64,000 nt of DNA, taken from NCBI GenBank assembly GCA_001179505.1, contig CDMY01000439.1, forward strand, positions 1-64,000, given 5' to 3'. Made by a program: the position numbers and the translations under genes. Below are positions 47,100-59,317 of this stretch, in pieces. The DNA comes from Vitrella brassicaformis CCMP3155. Taxonomy: Eukaryota > Protista > Chromerida. Within the stretch, counting starts at the first letter, position 1. Every line of letters starts with the position of its first letter. Below the pieces are notes generated by a model, which was not told the DNA's origin, made no database searches, and saw only the letters and a list, made by a program, of their open reading frames with translations.

Positions 47100-50000
47100 C
47101 ACCCAAGTGAACAGTCAGCTCCTGAACCGACCGAGCGCCCGACCTGCGCAATCAATCGCACACACCATCAATCACAAAGACTCACAAGCACATGACACTC
47201 ACTCGGCATTGCATACCAGGAGAAGTCGAGGTAGCCGGGGAATGCGGCAATGAAGCTGTCGAACATGCCCGTCCTCACCACACTCATCACCAGCACCCCC
47301 ACAATCAAAAAGTGCAGTAAGGGCTCTATGATCAGCTGCAGAAGCGTCTCGAGCGTGCTGCAATTACATAATGCGGGAGGGAGACACTTCGATCCAATCC
47401 ATGAGGCTGTGAATGCTGTGAATGGGTGGCTGTCGTGTTGTGTTGCGTGTCGATCCGTAGTTCCTACCAGGTGACGAGGAAGTCTCGGTAGACGACTCTC
47501 TCGTCATCATCGCCTTCGCCGCGGTCGGCCAGCCAGTCGGAGAAGACAAACCTGCACGAGACATGTGGGTGCATTCATGGCGTGTGGGAGTGTGTGTCTC
47601 TTGAGGGACCGCCCAGCCAGCCAGCCGGGCTTGGCTTACATGAGTAGGAAGTACACGCAGAAGGAGCACCACAGGGCCGCCAGCACATATCCACACCGAT
47701 CTCGCAACCGCCATATCGACAGCCATCGCAGCTTCTGCATCAGCAGAGAGTGCATCGAAACAGTCGGTCGACAGTGCATCAAAACAGTCGGTCGACACAC
47801 AAAAAGTCTTTCGCCAGTTTGTCTGTCTCTGTGTCTCCTCCTCTCTCCGTCTGTCCGTCACCTGCTGCATGGGGAACAGCCCGCTGTGTTTGCCCAGCAC
47901 GGCGGTGTCAAGCGAGCCTTTGGCTTTGGACGTGAAGTTGGCCGATTGATGCCGTCGATCGCCACCCGTCCCTCCCAGCCCTGTTCCTGGTCGGATGGCT
48001 CCGGCGTGAGCGGGGTAGATGCACGGGGTGCCCTTGCGGAACAGGAAGTAGAGAGTAAGCGGAATCGGCTTGATACCAGAATCACACACACACCATGTCA
48101 TTGATAAAGCAATGCGTCCGTCCTCACACCGTCACCGTTACCTTGGCCAGTATAACCGCCCTGATACGTGAACACAATCCATCCATCCATTCAGAATATG
48201 TGACCGTGCAGTGCAAAAGGCTGGCTGGCGTCACGTCCCCCACCATATCAGTATGGCGAATTGGCGGATGGTGAAGGTGACCTCGAACCCTTCCGCCAGC
48301 TTGAAGTCCGCCAGGTGTCCGTCTCTTGTGAGGTCTCTCTCTCCGTATTGGTAAAAGAATGCCGCGACCAACAGCAGCCCCAGCACCACCGATCCGAACA
48401 CCAACGTCCTCTGCACGGCTGCAAGCGAAAAGACATACAGAAGAAACAAGCTTTACTTTTCTCGGCCGGCTTGATGCCTGGCTTGGTGCATGCCTGTGAG
48501 TGAGGGGTGAATGATGAACAGCTGCAGAAGTGGGTGATCCCGACGACACACCTCGCTGAAGAGGCGGGCCTTAGGCCACTCGATGTACTCGATTCGCCGC
48601 AGCGTCCTAGCCGTGATCGCGTCGACCTCTCTATTCACCTCCTCCCACGCTTCCTTGGCCGTCATGCGTATGGGCGCGCTGATGGTGTCTCGCCGCCCGC
48701 CTCGCTGCGCGGTGGGTTTGGTCGGGGGCTTTGTGGGAGGGGGTGGCTCTTGCTCTGGGTCGGGGAGCGACCGCTGCGTGTGGTGGTCCTCTTGCGCATT
48801 GTCGTGATTCTTGGGACTCAGCGGCTCCTTCTCCGTGCGCTTGACTGGCGAGCTGCAACCAGACAGGGCAGGCACCGGTAGACAGCAATGAATGCGATGC
48901 GCCTGTTCATCGACCCGTCCACCAATCCAACCTACCTGAGAGAGAGAGACGAGAGCATCTCCAGCACCTTCTTTGGTTTGCCTTCGCCTTTCTTCTGCCG
49001 ATCATCCTCATCGAACACAGCCACGCTCAGCCGCCCTTTGCCGCTCTCGCCGCTTTGAGACGCACGCTGCCGGGAGACATAGCCCTTGATCGCGTCATTG
49101 AGGTGCCGGTCGTCGCGTGCGAGGCCGTAGCTGGTCGGCTGTGCGGGATCTGCCGCCGACCGACTTGACGACATGACCTCGGATGGCTCGTCCTCGGGCT
49201 GCCTGACAGCGCCTATCTTGACTGACAGGAAGCTGACCTTGCCCCGCCACCATCGCTGGATGAGCAGACAGGCGGCTTGCTGCCGCTGCACTTCTGTTCA
49301 CAACAAGCAAATGTAAGCACATAAAGCACATGTACACAGATAGTATACGCAAGAAGTGACAGTGTATAAGCGAGGTCCAAAGGCAGCAGGCAAACAGACC
49401 TAGCAGCAGGCGGGCACGCAGGGCATCCCGAAGGACACCAGATCTAAATAAAGAGACGGTACACCCAGCACATGCAGATGGGGATGTGCCTCGCCATTGA
49501 TCGTACCTACCTGAGGAGATCGACCTCTTCTCGGTTGCAGCAGCCCTCAACGAAGTCATATTCCTCTTCTGCGTGGTGGGGCTGGTGTTGCTTAGGGCGG
49601 TGTGCTTGTCCATGTGCGTGCTGGTCGACCCCCCTCTGGTCCCTTTGACGGTTGCTCTCCATTTCGGGTCTCACTGCTGTCGACATCTGCATCCCTCCCG
49701 TCCTCTCCTCTTCTGACGACGCATCCACGTCATCGTGACTGCCCCTCAACCGCCGCCGCGGCTCCGTTACTCGCACAGAAAGGCTCTCAACGGGCTCAGT
49801 CTGGTCGGCCTCGGTCTTCTCCTTGCTCATGACATTGGTGAAGTGAGACGGAAGCCCCCGAGTCTTCTCTAAGTGCTCGTGGAAGGCCTGAAACACCATC
49901 TCCTGCAAGGACGGTACGCTCGACTTGACCCCCGCTATGATGGACCGGCGGCTCTTGGGCATGTGAGGGCCTCTGCGGGGGGTATTGGCAAACTGCGCAG

Positions 50001-53000
50001 CGATGCTGCCGAAACGGCGACTGCATCAGACACAGGCGAGAGATTGTGTCTCCGTGTGTGCAAGGAAGCCCTGACCTTCGTTTGGGAGTCTGCATGGCCA
50101 CCGCGGGATTGATGGTGGCCTCCATCTCCTGCCGGGCCTGGCTGAACTGCACCGCCACCAGCCTTAGATCGATGCCCTGCTCGAGGCTCACTGTGATGTA
50201 CTGTCTCATAAGGCGGATAGTCTGGAGCTCCTTGAGGTGGAGGGTGGCCTGTCTACCCGTTATGCGGTTGAAGGTCAGCTGCAGAGCCTGGCAGGGGTAG
50301 CTGTTGCAGCAGCAGTCGTAGCACCGACCGAAGCACTCCTCGCGCTGCTGACGGAGATACATGTCCTGTAACCATGGGAAAGAAACAAAGGATGGCGTCG
50401 ATGGATGCTCATCGATGAACATCCGTTACGGCCTTTTACTTGTCTGTATCTGGCCTCAAGCAGCCGATCAGACAGGTGCAAGTCCACTAGGTCACTATCA
50501 GACACCTTGTGCCGCATGTCGGACCAAAAGGCGAGGAGGAGACATATAACCAACACTGCAGCAACGAAAACAAAACACAATTCCACCTTTTCTTTCCCAT
50601 TTGTTGTCAGCTCACCGCCGCCCGCCACCGCGACGAACTGTGCTGCTGCATTCTTGTTCCATGCCGCCGCATCACCCAGCCGTTTGACTGAGCCCTCGCT
50701 GCCTTCAGCCACCGACGTCACACTGCTGTCCTCTATCACCGTACGGAACAACACACTGAACTCGCTCAGATGATGGCATTGGCAGACCACCGCATCAGCC
50801 GTCGAGGCGTTGGTATCGACCACACAACCTACAAAGCACAACACACCTTGCATGTATACGGGACGCATGTGGTGTGTTTGTGATACCATGGTGACTGACC
50901 TTCAGCGCTCCATGCCTTGTCGCTGGTCGACCAGAACCCACATCCCACTTCATCCCGCTGCACCAGGGACCCGTTGGCAGTGAGGTTGACCACACGGGCA
51001 GCCACATTCGCCGGACGGGGTAGCGTCAGGACAGCAGGCGCCGACAGTGCGCTGCCGTCCAACTTGACCTCTTGATTGCATCTTCTCACAGCCACGGTTG
51101 ATGAGCCGCCCCTGGCTGACCAGTTGGTCGTGTTGGTGTCATTCGTCTGAAAGAGCCCCTGCTCCCAGAAGACAAGCTGGGCGGTTGGAACGGGCAATCC
51201 GCCACTGATGACAGCACAAGGATCAACTGTTCCGCCGACCTGCAGCCGCCTCACTGACAGGCGGCTTGTGTCATTCAGAGAGGGCAAGACCACCCCCAGA
51301 TTGGCGTTGTCCGAGCTCGAGAGGCTCAGGCCATTCTGCGGATCCAGGAATGCGAGAGACATGTTGCAACTCTCTCCGGCCACTTCAAGCTGCTGCGAAG
51401 GGCCGCCACCGAGCGCAGAGAGAAGGACGTCACCCAATCGACCTGTGGACTCCCCAACACGCTCGGCAATCTCATATGCGCTGCTGCCGTCATGCATCAG
51501 CATCGCGTTATGTAGTTCCTGCGGTATCGCAGCTGCAGACGAGAGAAGCGCCTCGGCGGACTCGCGGACTCTGGTCTTGTCGCGGGCTGTGAGAGAAGAG
51601 GGCGCCTGCCACTCAGAGAGGGTCTGCCGCTGTTGTTGCTGCGTCTGGAGGGCGGGGAGGGACGCGGATGTCTCGACGACGCTGTCGAGGATAGACGCAC
51701 TCTGTCTGGCCATCGTCGCGTCATATCTGAGCTGGCCACGGTTGTCTGAACGACAAAGGGATGGCTGGAGCGTACAAGGGCATCGAATTGGGTGGCTTAC
51801 TTGATTGTCTCACGGAGCCGATGGTGACATTCAGGCTTGTTGCGGCAAGCAGGACCTCCCCTGCTGTGGTCGGCCGCGATGTGAGTCCACGCCGGCGACC
51901 CGCAAGAGTCTGAAAGAACACACATGCGTACACAGGAAGGCACACATGACTGTCACACACAGATGGATGTACGACAGCACTCACTCTGTTGAGGCTCGCA
52001 AGCACCGTTTTGATGACTTGCTTCTCCTCTCTCTGCAGCAAAGACGGGTCCTCCGCGGCAGATGTGGCCACGGTAATGGTCGCCAAAAGCTTGTTTTGAT
52101 ACTCCACAAAAGCCTCGTCGCTATCGTTTCCTGGGGTGGTGGGAGGATCCTCGTCTGGTGAGAAGATCAGGTCCTCTGCCCTCTGGATCTCTGCTTTCTC
52201 AAGCCGACTGACGTCCTGAGAGACAGCATCCAATGCAACACTGGGCTGTCTCATTGCTGCACTCAGTGCATGACCATACCGTCACCCACCGTGAGACGAT
52301 CCACGTCATCCGCGATAATGTCAAAATCCAACACTGGGGGGCTTGTGGTGGTCGAGGGGGCCTCTGTGGTCGTTGGCTGTGCACTGGTGCTGGTTGATGT
52401 GCTGGGCAAGGGTGTGGTTGTGACTTGAGCAGTGGTACTGGGATCACTCGTCGTCGTTGTTGTACTTGTGCTGGTGGTGCTGCTCTTGGTGGTTGTCGAT
52501 GTGCTTGTCGTGCTGCAAAAAGGGGGACATTTCATGCCTGTGTCTCCCGCCCACACAGGCCCTCTCGCAGCTGACCTTGTTGTGGTTGCTGGGCTGGGAG
52601 TGGTTGACGGAATGACAGTCGTCACCTGACCGAGAACACACACAAACGGTGTGGCCGGTGGCTGACCGCATTTGCGCATATGTCCCACAGGTTCAGGTGT
52701 GGTGGAGACACTCAATGGCAGAGAGGGGCCGGCTGCACAAGAAAGCGGGCATCTCACCAAAACACAGACAGGCAGTGGTATGCTGGCTCCCTCACCATAG
52801 TGCAGGGCTATGACCGCCGATCGGTTCTCCGCAGCCAGCTGGTTATCGGCGAAGTCAACAATGGCATGCGATTTGTTGAATTGGAACAGGAACATACTCC
52901 CGTTCTTCAATGCTGCCTCTGTGACGTTCACATCCACCCGTAAAGCCTTCAGGGCCACAAGGGCCCTGGGCGAGCTGACGTCGGTCACACTGTAGTCGAA

Positions 53001-55075
53001 CGCCGTGCTGTTGGCCGCCGTCATGTTGACCAGGCGCCGTAGGTCGGACACGGATCGGCGGACCAGCTCGTCGAAAATGATGTCGACGCTGAAAGAGGTC
53101 GTGTTGAACGAGGTGGCATTCTGGGCAATCCACGCATGAGGCTCGTTTACATCTGAGGAGCGGGGGCCAAAGAGGAATCTCACCAAATGCGAAAGAAAGC
53201 AGTACACAATGCAGTCAGTCCACGCCAGTGTGTCTCCCCACCGTGGACTGGGCCGCACGAAAGGAGTTCAGAGACCGCAGCGTCAGAATGCCCCTCCTTG
53301 CTGATGGCCCCCGAGTGCAGATAGCAGCCATTCGAGGAAGAGCCAACGGAGTCACTCTTGACTGTGTAGTGAGTGCAGCCGCTGAAAGCACACACATACA
53401 CACACAGATGCACCCTGTTGTTTGGCGACTCTCTGGACCGGATACCTTTTGTGGTGGCACTTGAGTGCGCAGTCGAAAGGCTTGAGCACCTTGGGGTAAT
53501 GATCCAGCTGAGTGGCCGTAGACCACTCCTGTCTGTCGATGCGACACCCCCTGTGAATGACCAGCGGCATCGACGGCAGGCTCCCCTGTCCATCGCTTTG
53601 CCCATCAGCCAGCCCCTCAAGAGCCATAAGCGTAAACAACCCTTTCGCAGGGGTCGGATCGATGGTGACCGTGGCTGTCATGTCACTCTCAGGCCAGTCT
53701 GCCACCGAGACGTCAGCACTTGTGGTGCCGAGCACCACAAGCCGCTCCGGTCTGAATGTGCCCTGGTCAACTGGTACGGAGAACTTGACAGTGATGCTGA
53801 AGGATCCAGTCGAGGCGAAATCATTCACGTTAGGCACCGTCAAAGCGACAGCTGGAGCAGGGGCTGACAGACACAAAAATTTTCTCGCCAAATGGAAGGC
53901 AATTTGTGTCTCTCGGCTTACTGCATTCGCCGGCTGGGGACGGCTCGACCTCACAAATGTAAGGCTCCGACGAGCCACAATCTTCAGAGAGCAGAGCCGC
54001 CATGTGTCCGTGGTCGTGCTCATGTGCGTCCCAGTGGATCGCTGCGCAGTCGTAATCGCTGTCGCCGTGGGGATGGTATGGCTCCCATTCGGCCTCGTGG
54101 ATGTTAGCCTGGTGGTACTCAGAGCTGGGCGTCCAGCTGCCTGGCGTCAGGATGCCCTCACGGTCTGCACGAGGGAGGGCACACAAAGGAGACACCCGTG
54201 GTCCTGTTTCTGTTTCAGTGCCCGGCCTTGCCATCCTGCTGCACCTCTCTCGGCGCCCCCGAAGTCCGGGGTAGAGGGCTCCGAGAACGACCCACTCTCG
54301 TTCTGATGCCACCAAAGAGAGGCCAGGCCAATTGATCGTCGCCACATGACGCCATCCATCCCAAGAGTGTCCTTACTCGTCTGTAGTCAACCCATATGTG
54401 GGCGTGTGATGAAGTCTGCCCCCTGATGAACTCCTGCAGCCACCACAGCTCGGCAGGGTCACTCAACGTCACCTGCACGCGAAGGATGCATGGATGGCTC
54501 GTCGAATGAATGGCGATTTCTTGGCTTGCCTACCAGGTGGTCATAGTCTCCGGCGGCCCCTGCCACATTGCAGGCTATCTTTGCACCGTTGAAGCTCTTC
54601 TGCGGCGACGTGAACAGCTTATAGCAGCTGCAGGAGCCCTTTCGATGACGAAAACCATTCGGGCAAATGCCAGTGTGGGGCGTTGCCGTGGCCGCAAACA
54701 CTCCACAGCGGAAGCCTGCAGTGCAAAAGAACAACACGAGGTGAGGCTGGGAGGGAGGGGGGCGGGTGTGTGATGGATGGATGGATGGACGGCACTTGCC
54801 ATAGATAAGATACTGGCCGATGATGAGCATCGACACGCTGTAGGCCCAGAGAAGGCCCTCCAACGTCAGGAGGTCCATGATGGCCCGCCAACTCTGATAA
54901 AGATTACTACACAAGATGGGGGGAGTGAGGGGGGAGCGTCGAGACGCGAGCTAACGCGAGAAACCCTGATGAAGGGAATTTCTTTTGTCCATCCATCCAT
55001 CCCTTTTCATCCATGCGTCATCGTCGTGCGTCCAAAAGCATCCACCACACAAAGACAAAGCCGCTCACTCACCAT
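47100..55075 (-). CDS. Polycystin-1-like GAIN/GPS receptor A: C-type lectin, Ig-like, PAN-like and mucin stalk, then GAIN-GPS and ~5 TM, with an IQ-containing loop
   Basis: CPNGFRHRKGSCSCYKLF..ACN and DC..YICE (C-lectin); Thr/Ser tract ~52330-52620; CGFWSTSDKAWSAEG/C..VVCQCHHLSEFSVLF (GPS); TM1; IQRWWRG; HPLLQLF..RTLVFGSVVLGLLLVAAFFY resembling the PKD1 TM2 region. Confidence 0.85.
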
Positions 55076-57787
55076 GCAAGCAAAGCAGTGAGTGGCCAGA
55101 CAGCTAGGCACAGGCAGGCAGGCAGGTAATTAAGAAAAGCACAACCGCCACCTACCTAAATGGAGGAAGAGAGAGAGAGGGATGCCGGCAGAAGGGGGTG
55201 TGGGAAAAAGCGGTCGTCCGTCCGTCCATGATTGCTCCCGTCGTGTCGCAAAACTGCCTCCTCGCCCCAACAGACAGCCACTCACAGCCAGCCAGCCAGC
55301 CGCCAACACGCCCACAGACAGACACCCACACTCACGCGCACACACATGTCGTGCAGCCACTCAAACAGCAGTCCCCAGGAGCGCAGTGCCATGTCACTTC
55401 GGATCGCTCACCACTGCGCCCTCATTACACACACACATCACAAGACAGACAGACAGACACACATGTATCCCTCTAGAAGTGCGGATGGACGATGGACACA
55501 CCAGGATGGAAGCAGAATCTCACGACAGGTAGGTAATACAGAGGCGAGAAGAGGCTAGACGAGGAGAAAAATCAGCGGGCGGGCGAGGCGAGAGAGAAAA
55601 ATCTGTTGTTGGTCTGTCTGGTCGGCATCAGTCGTGAGGCAGTCACCCCGGAGTGGCATCCCCACCCGCCTCTCGCACAAGCACCCACACATACACAACA
55701 CTCCAACGATTGGCTGGCTGGCTGGCTGGCTGGCTGAGGGGCGGGCCTGCCTTTGGGTCGCTGACAGACATACACGCACGTGTAGGAATGCTCTCTTCGG
55801 CTCTCTTGTGCAGGTGAGTGACCTGGGATGCCTCTCACCTCCCCGTCGCAATCCCGGATAACAACGACTGACTCTCTCCCTCCCTCCCTCCCTCCCTCTC
55901 AACAGTGTGTATACGCATTCGATATTCGATCCAGCTGCTTTGTCCGCGCGCCCTTCCCCTGTTCCTTGAGCCCCTGCTCCTTCACGTCAGATGGCATCAC
56001 TGCAGACCAAGCGCTTGGCTGCGTTGCCTGGCACGTTGGTCTCCAGCCACGGCCACCGTACGCAAAGGGCCAGGAGGCTCAAAACCACACGACTCGTCGT
56101 ACGGGACGCCAGAAAAATGACAGCTCATGGTGTACGCAGCAACACGAGACGGACCCGGGCACGAGAGAGAAGTAGACGGACGACGTGGGTGGATGGATGG
56201 ATGGATGGAGGTATGAACGACACGCGACGCCACCACATCACAGCACAAGAGAGTGGCAGCAGCCCGACCTGGGTGAGCCGGTCGGTCGGCGGTGTAGGCT
56301 TCGAGTGGAGTGGTGTCCGTCAGCAGCACACAAAACTCCATCGTCTCGACGACAGACACTTTGACACCCACTATACCATGCAGACAGGCAGAGAAAAGGG
56401 AGAAACAGATAGATAGACAGACAGACGGAGGTTTCCACTCGCAGCGACAGACAAAACCGATATGTGTGTGTGCATCTAAGTATGTATGTGTGAAGGATTG
56501 GCCGGCCTGCTCCCTGGACGTCGCCGGTGCGACCCTCACCAACCTGAGAGCGAGAGGTCCCATGTGTGGGGAGAGGCACACACGGCCATCTCAGCTTCAG
56601 TCAGGAGAGGGGCGAACGAGCGATGAACCACGAGCACATGGCGGCAGTCTGACTCTTCTACATACCCAAACCACTTTCACGCACGCACAAAGAGAGGAAG
56701 ACCAGGTCACGACACGATGCCCTCAGCCACCCACACGCAGCACTCACCCCCCCACTCATCCGACCATGCCCCCCCCCCTCACTCCTTTCTCCAGCGCCTG
56801 TCTGTTGGATAAATTGCACCCATTAACATACACTCAGACAGGGATGCTGGATCGGCTCAGCAGTTCGGTTGATCCACCAAAGGCCAGCCAGAGGTCATGT
56901 GTGTGTGGTGTGGTGTTGTGTGTGTGGATGGTTGTGGACGGACGAGGCTGTAGCCTTCCTGCACGCGTGAATGCAGCGGATAGTCACCGGCCGAAGGTAG
57001 GGAAAGGCAGAACTCTTTTGCAAAAGCAAGGATGCGATGCGATGCACTCACACATGTGGATTGGATGGATAAAAGAGGTCGATCGCCGCTTGCACTCTTG
57101 GGCGAGAGAAGCCAGCAGCAATACAGAGAAGAAAAACCTCCTCTCTCTCTCCCTCTCCCCCTCTCGCCTCACACACAGTACAACTTACAGGAATACCGTA
57201 CGTACAGAGGAAAACGAGAACGGGCAGTAATGTTCCGTGCCTGCCCTGCAGAGAGCCAGCCCTGTGTGTGTGCGCAACCAGCTGTTGTCCCTCCGTCACG
57301 ACCTGCACACGGCACCACTCACCGCCAGGACGCTGGAGTGAGTGGTCAAGTGCGCAGCTGGCAAGGGACAACAGCCAAGTCGCACTGGGCTGGTCTGTGT
57401 AGCCTGACTGTATGGTATGGATGTGTGTGTGTATGCGCTCTGTTGGTTGACGACCATACACACACACACGCGCAGCTCTCATATGTACAGACACCAACAG
57501 AAGGATAAAAGCACTTCATTCAGTGGGTTGCCGTGTCAGTCCCTCCCCACCCTGCCCCGCCCTGCCCTGCCCCCCACGCACACACATGACATGCAAGTAT
57601 AGGAAGGACACATCAGATGAACGAAAACCCTCTCATCCGTCCCTCCATCCCTCTCTGCCTCCACCCCCTCACCTCGACTACATGCACTGCCCCCTACACC
57701 CCCACATACACTCACCCAAAGATTCTCACGCCCACCATGGCCATGGCCACCCACCCAGCCACGCCCCGCCACGCCCCCCCACTCAGA

Positions 57788-58928
57788 TCACATGGCCTGG
57801 ATGGGCGAGTCGGTCAAGGCAGACTTGTTCTTGATGACCATCCAGTCGCCCGAGAGCCGGTCGCTGTCGGCGTGTGAGATGGGGCTGTTAAAGGGGCTGG
57901 GGAGGAGGAAGGTCTTGCCGCCCTTGGACGACTTGCCGGTTGTGTGGGGGGCCATCTTGGCCTTGTTGGACTTGCTGATCATGCCCGTCACCGACGGCAG
58001 GTCGCTGCCGTCGTCCACGTCGTAGTCACCCTCAGACGACTTGTCCTTCTCCTGACACACACACAGACATACATACAGACAGACCGACACACATGCAGAA
58101 AGAGGCCGATGCACGATCGCCCGTCGTGTGCTCTCTCCCCTCCTCACCTTAATTTCTCCCTCGCTGACGACGAGCCAGTCGCCCGACACGCGATCGCTGG
58201 TGGCCGACTTGGGTGTGCTTGGGAGTGAGGGCGGGGGGCTGCCGCTGGTGCTGAACATGCCCTCGTCGCCCAGGATCTGCTTGGAGATGGCCTCCGCGGA
58301 GTTGCGGAAGAAATCGGTCATGTTCTTGAGGACCTCGCCGCGGTTGGCCGACGGGCTGAGGGGCGGGCGGCGGTTGGAGGGGCTGCCGTGCTGCACCAGG
58401 TCGTTGCCTAGCGTGAAGTATGGCTTGTTGCACGCCACGCTCTTGCCCTCGCCGGACACGTCCTCGCCAGTCAGGACGATCGTCGAGTGGTGGCTCTCGC
58501 TCCCGTGCATCGACGACACGCTCCGGAAGTTGGCGCGAGGGCCGGCAGCGGGGTAGCTCGGGGCCTCAGGACCGTTGACCTCAACCTCGCAGCAGCACGT
58601 CCTGAACACCCACAAAGACAAGAGACGTATGGCGACACGTGTCTCGTGCCCGTTTTGCCTGCCCTCCGCTCTGTGTGTCTGACCAAAGGTAGAAGCCCGG
58701 GATGGTCGCGGTGCGGGGGCGCACTTGTGACGAGTCGATGAAGGGTGCCGTGGAGGACGTGAAGAGACCCGGTGAGGGCAGCGTGGTGTTCTCGGCCCCG
58801 TCGAACCCGCTGTGTGCCGAGCCCATGTAGCTGGTCAGGTGATCTCCATCTTTGTAGTGCGCAGGCTGTTGTGGCGGCGACTGCGTGTCCAAGAGCATGG
58901 TGCTGGCCATCTCGGGGGTTGTGTCCAT
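57788..58928 (-). CDS. Ser/Pro/Gly-rich disordered protein with two SDRxSGDWxV(V/I) repeats
   Basis: Three exons MDTTPEMAST.. / ..CCCEVEVNG..EGEIK / EKDKSSEGD..QAM*; an upstream start is possible. Confidence 0.65.
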
Positions 58929-59317
58929 GATCACACAACACAGCACACGAGCCCAACCTGCAGGACGACGCACAAACAAGACCTCAGCGAAGCCGATGCC
59001 GCCGTGCGTATGCATCCAGGCGGTGATGCAGGGCACACCTGGCGACTCTGCCTGGCTGATCTGCCACCCCCTCCCCCTCCTCCGCCTTCCAGTGAGCCCG
59101 CCCACCTTAAAGTGTTTCTTTTTTTGGAGATGCAACGCACAGGATGGCTCTGGCTGTTGGAGAGAGTCGCAGAAGGGGAGAAGAAAGGGGTGGGGAAAGA
59201 AGAAAGTTGGTGGGGAAAGAAGAAAGTTCTGGAAAAGCTCGCATTACGAATTACGGATACCCTGACCCTACTACCCAAAATCTCGACGTTTCATCTTCAC
59301 TCCCTTCCTCCGCGTGA

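Noticed and set aside
55500-57600. Possible small minus-strand gene(s) between receptor A and the AIM-motif gene
   Set aside because: Splice-like signals exist, but no consistent frame or recognisable motif could be assembled
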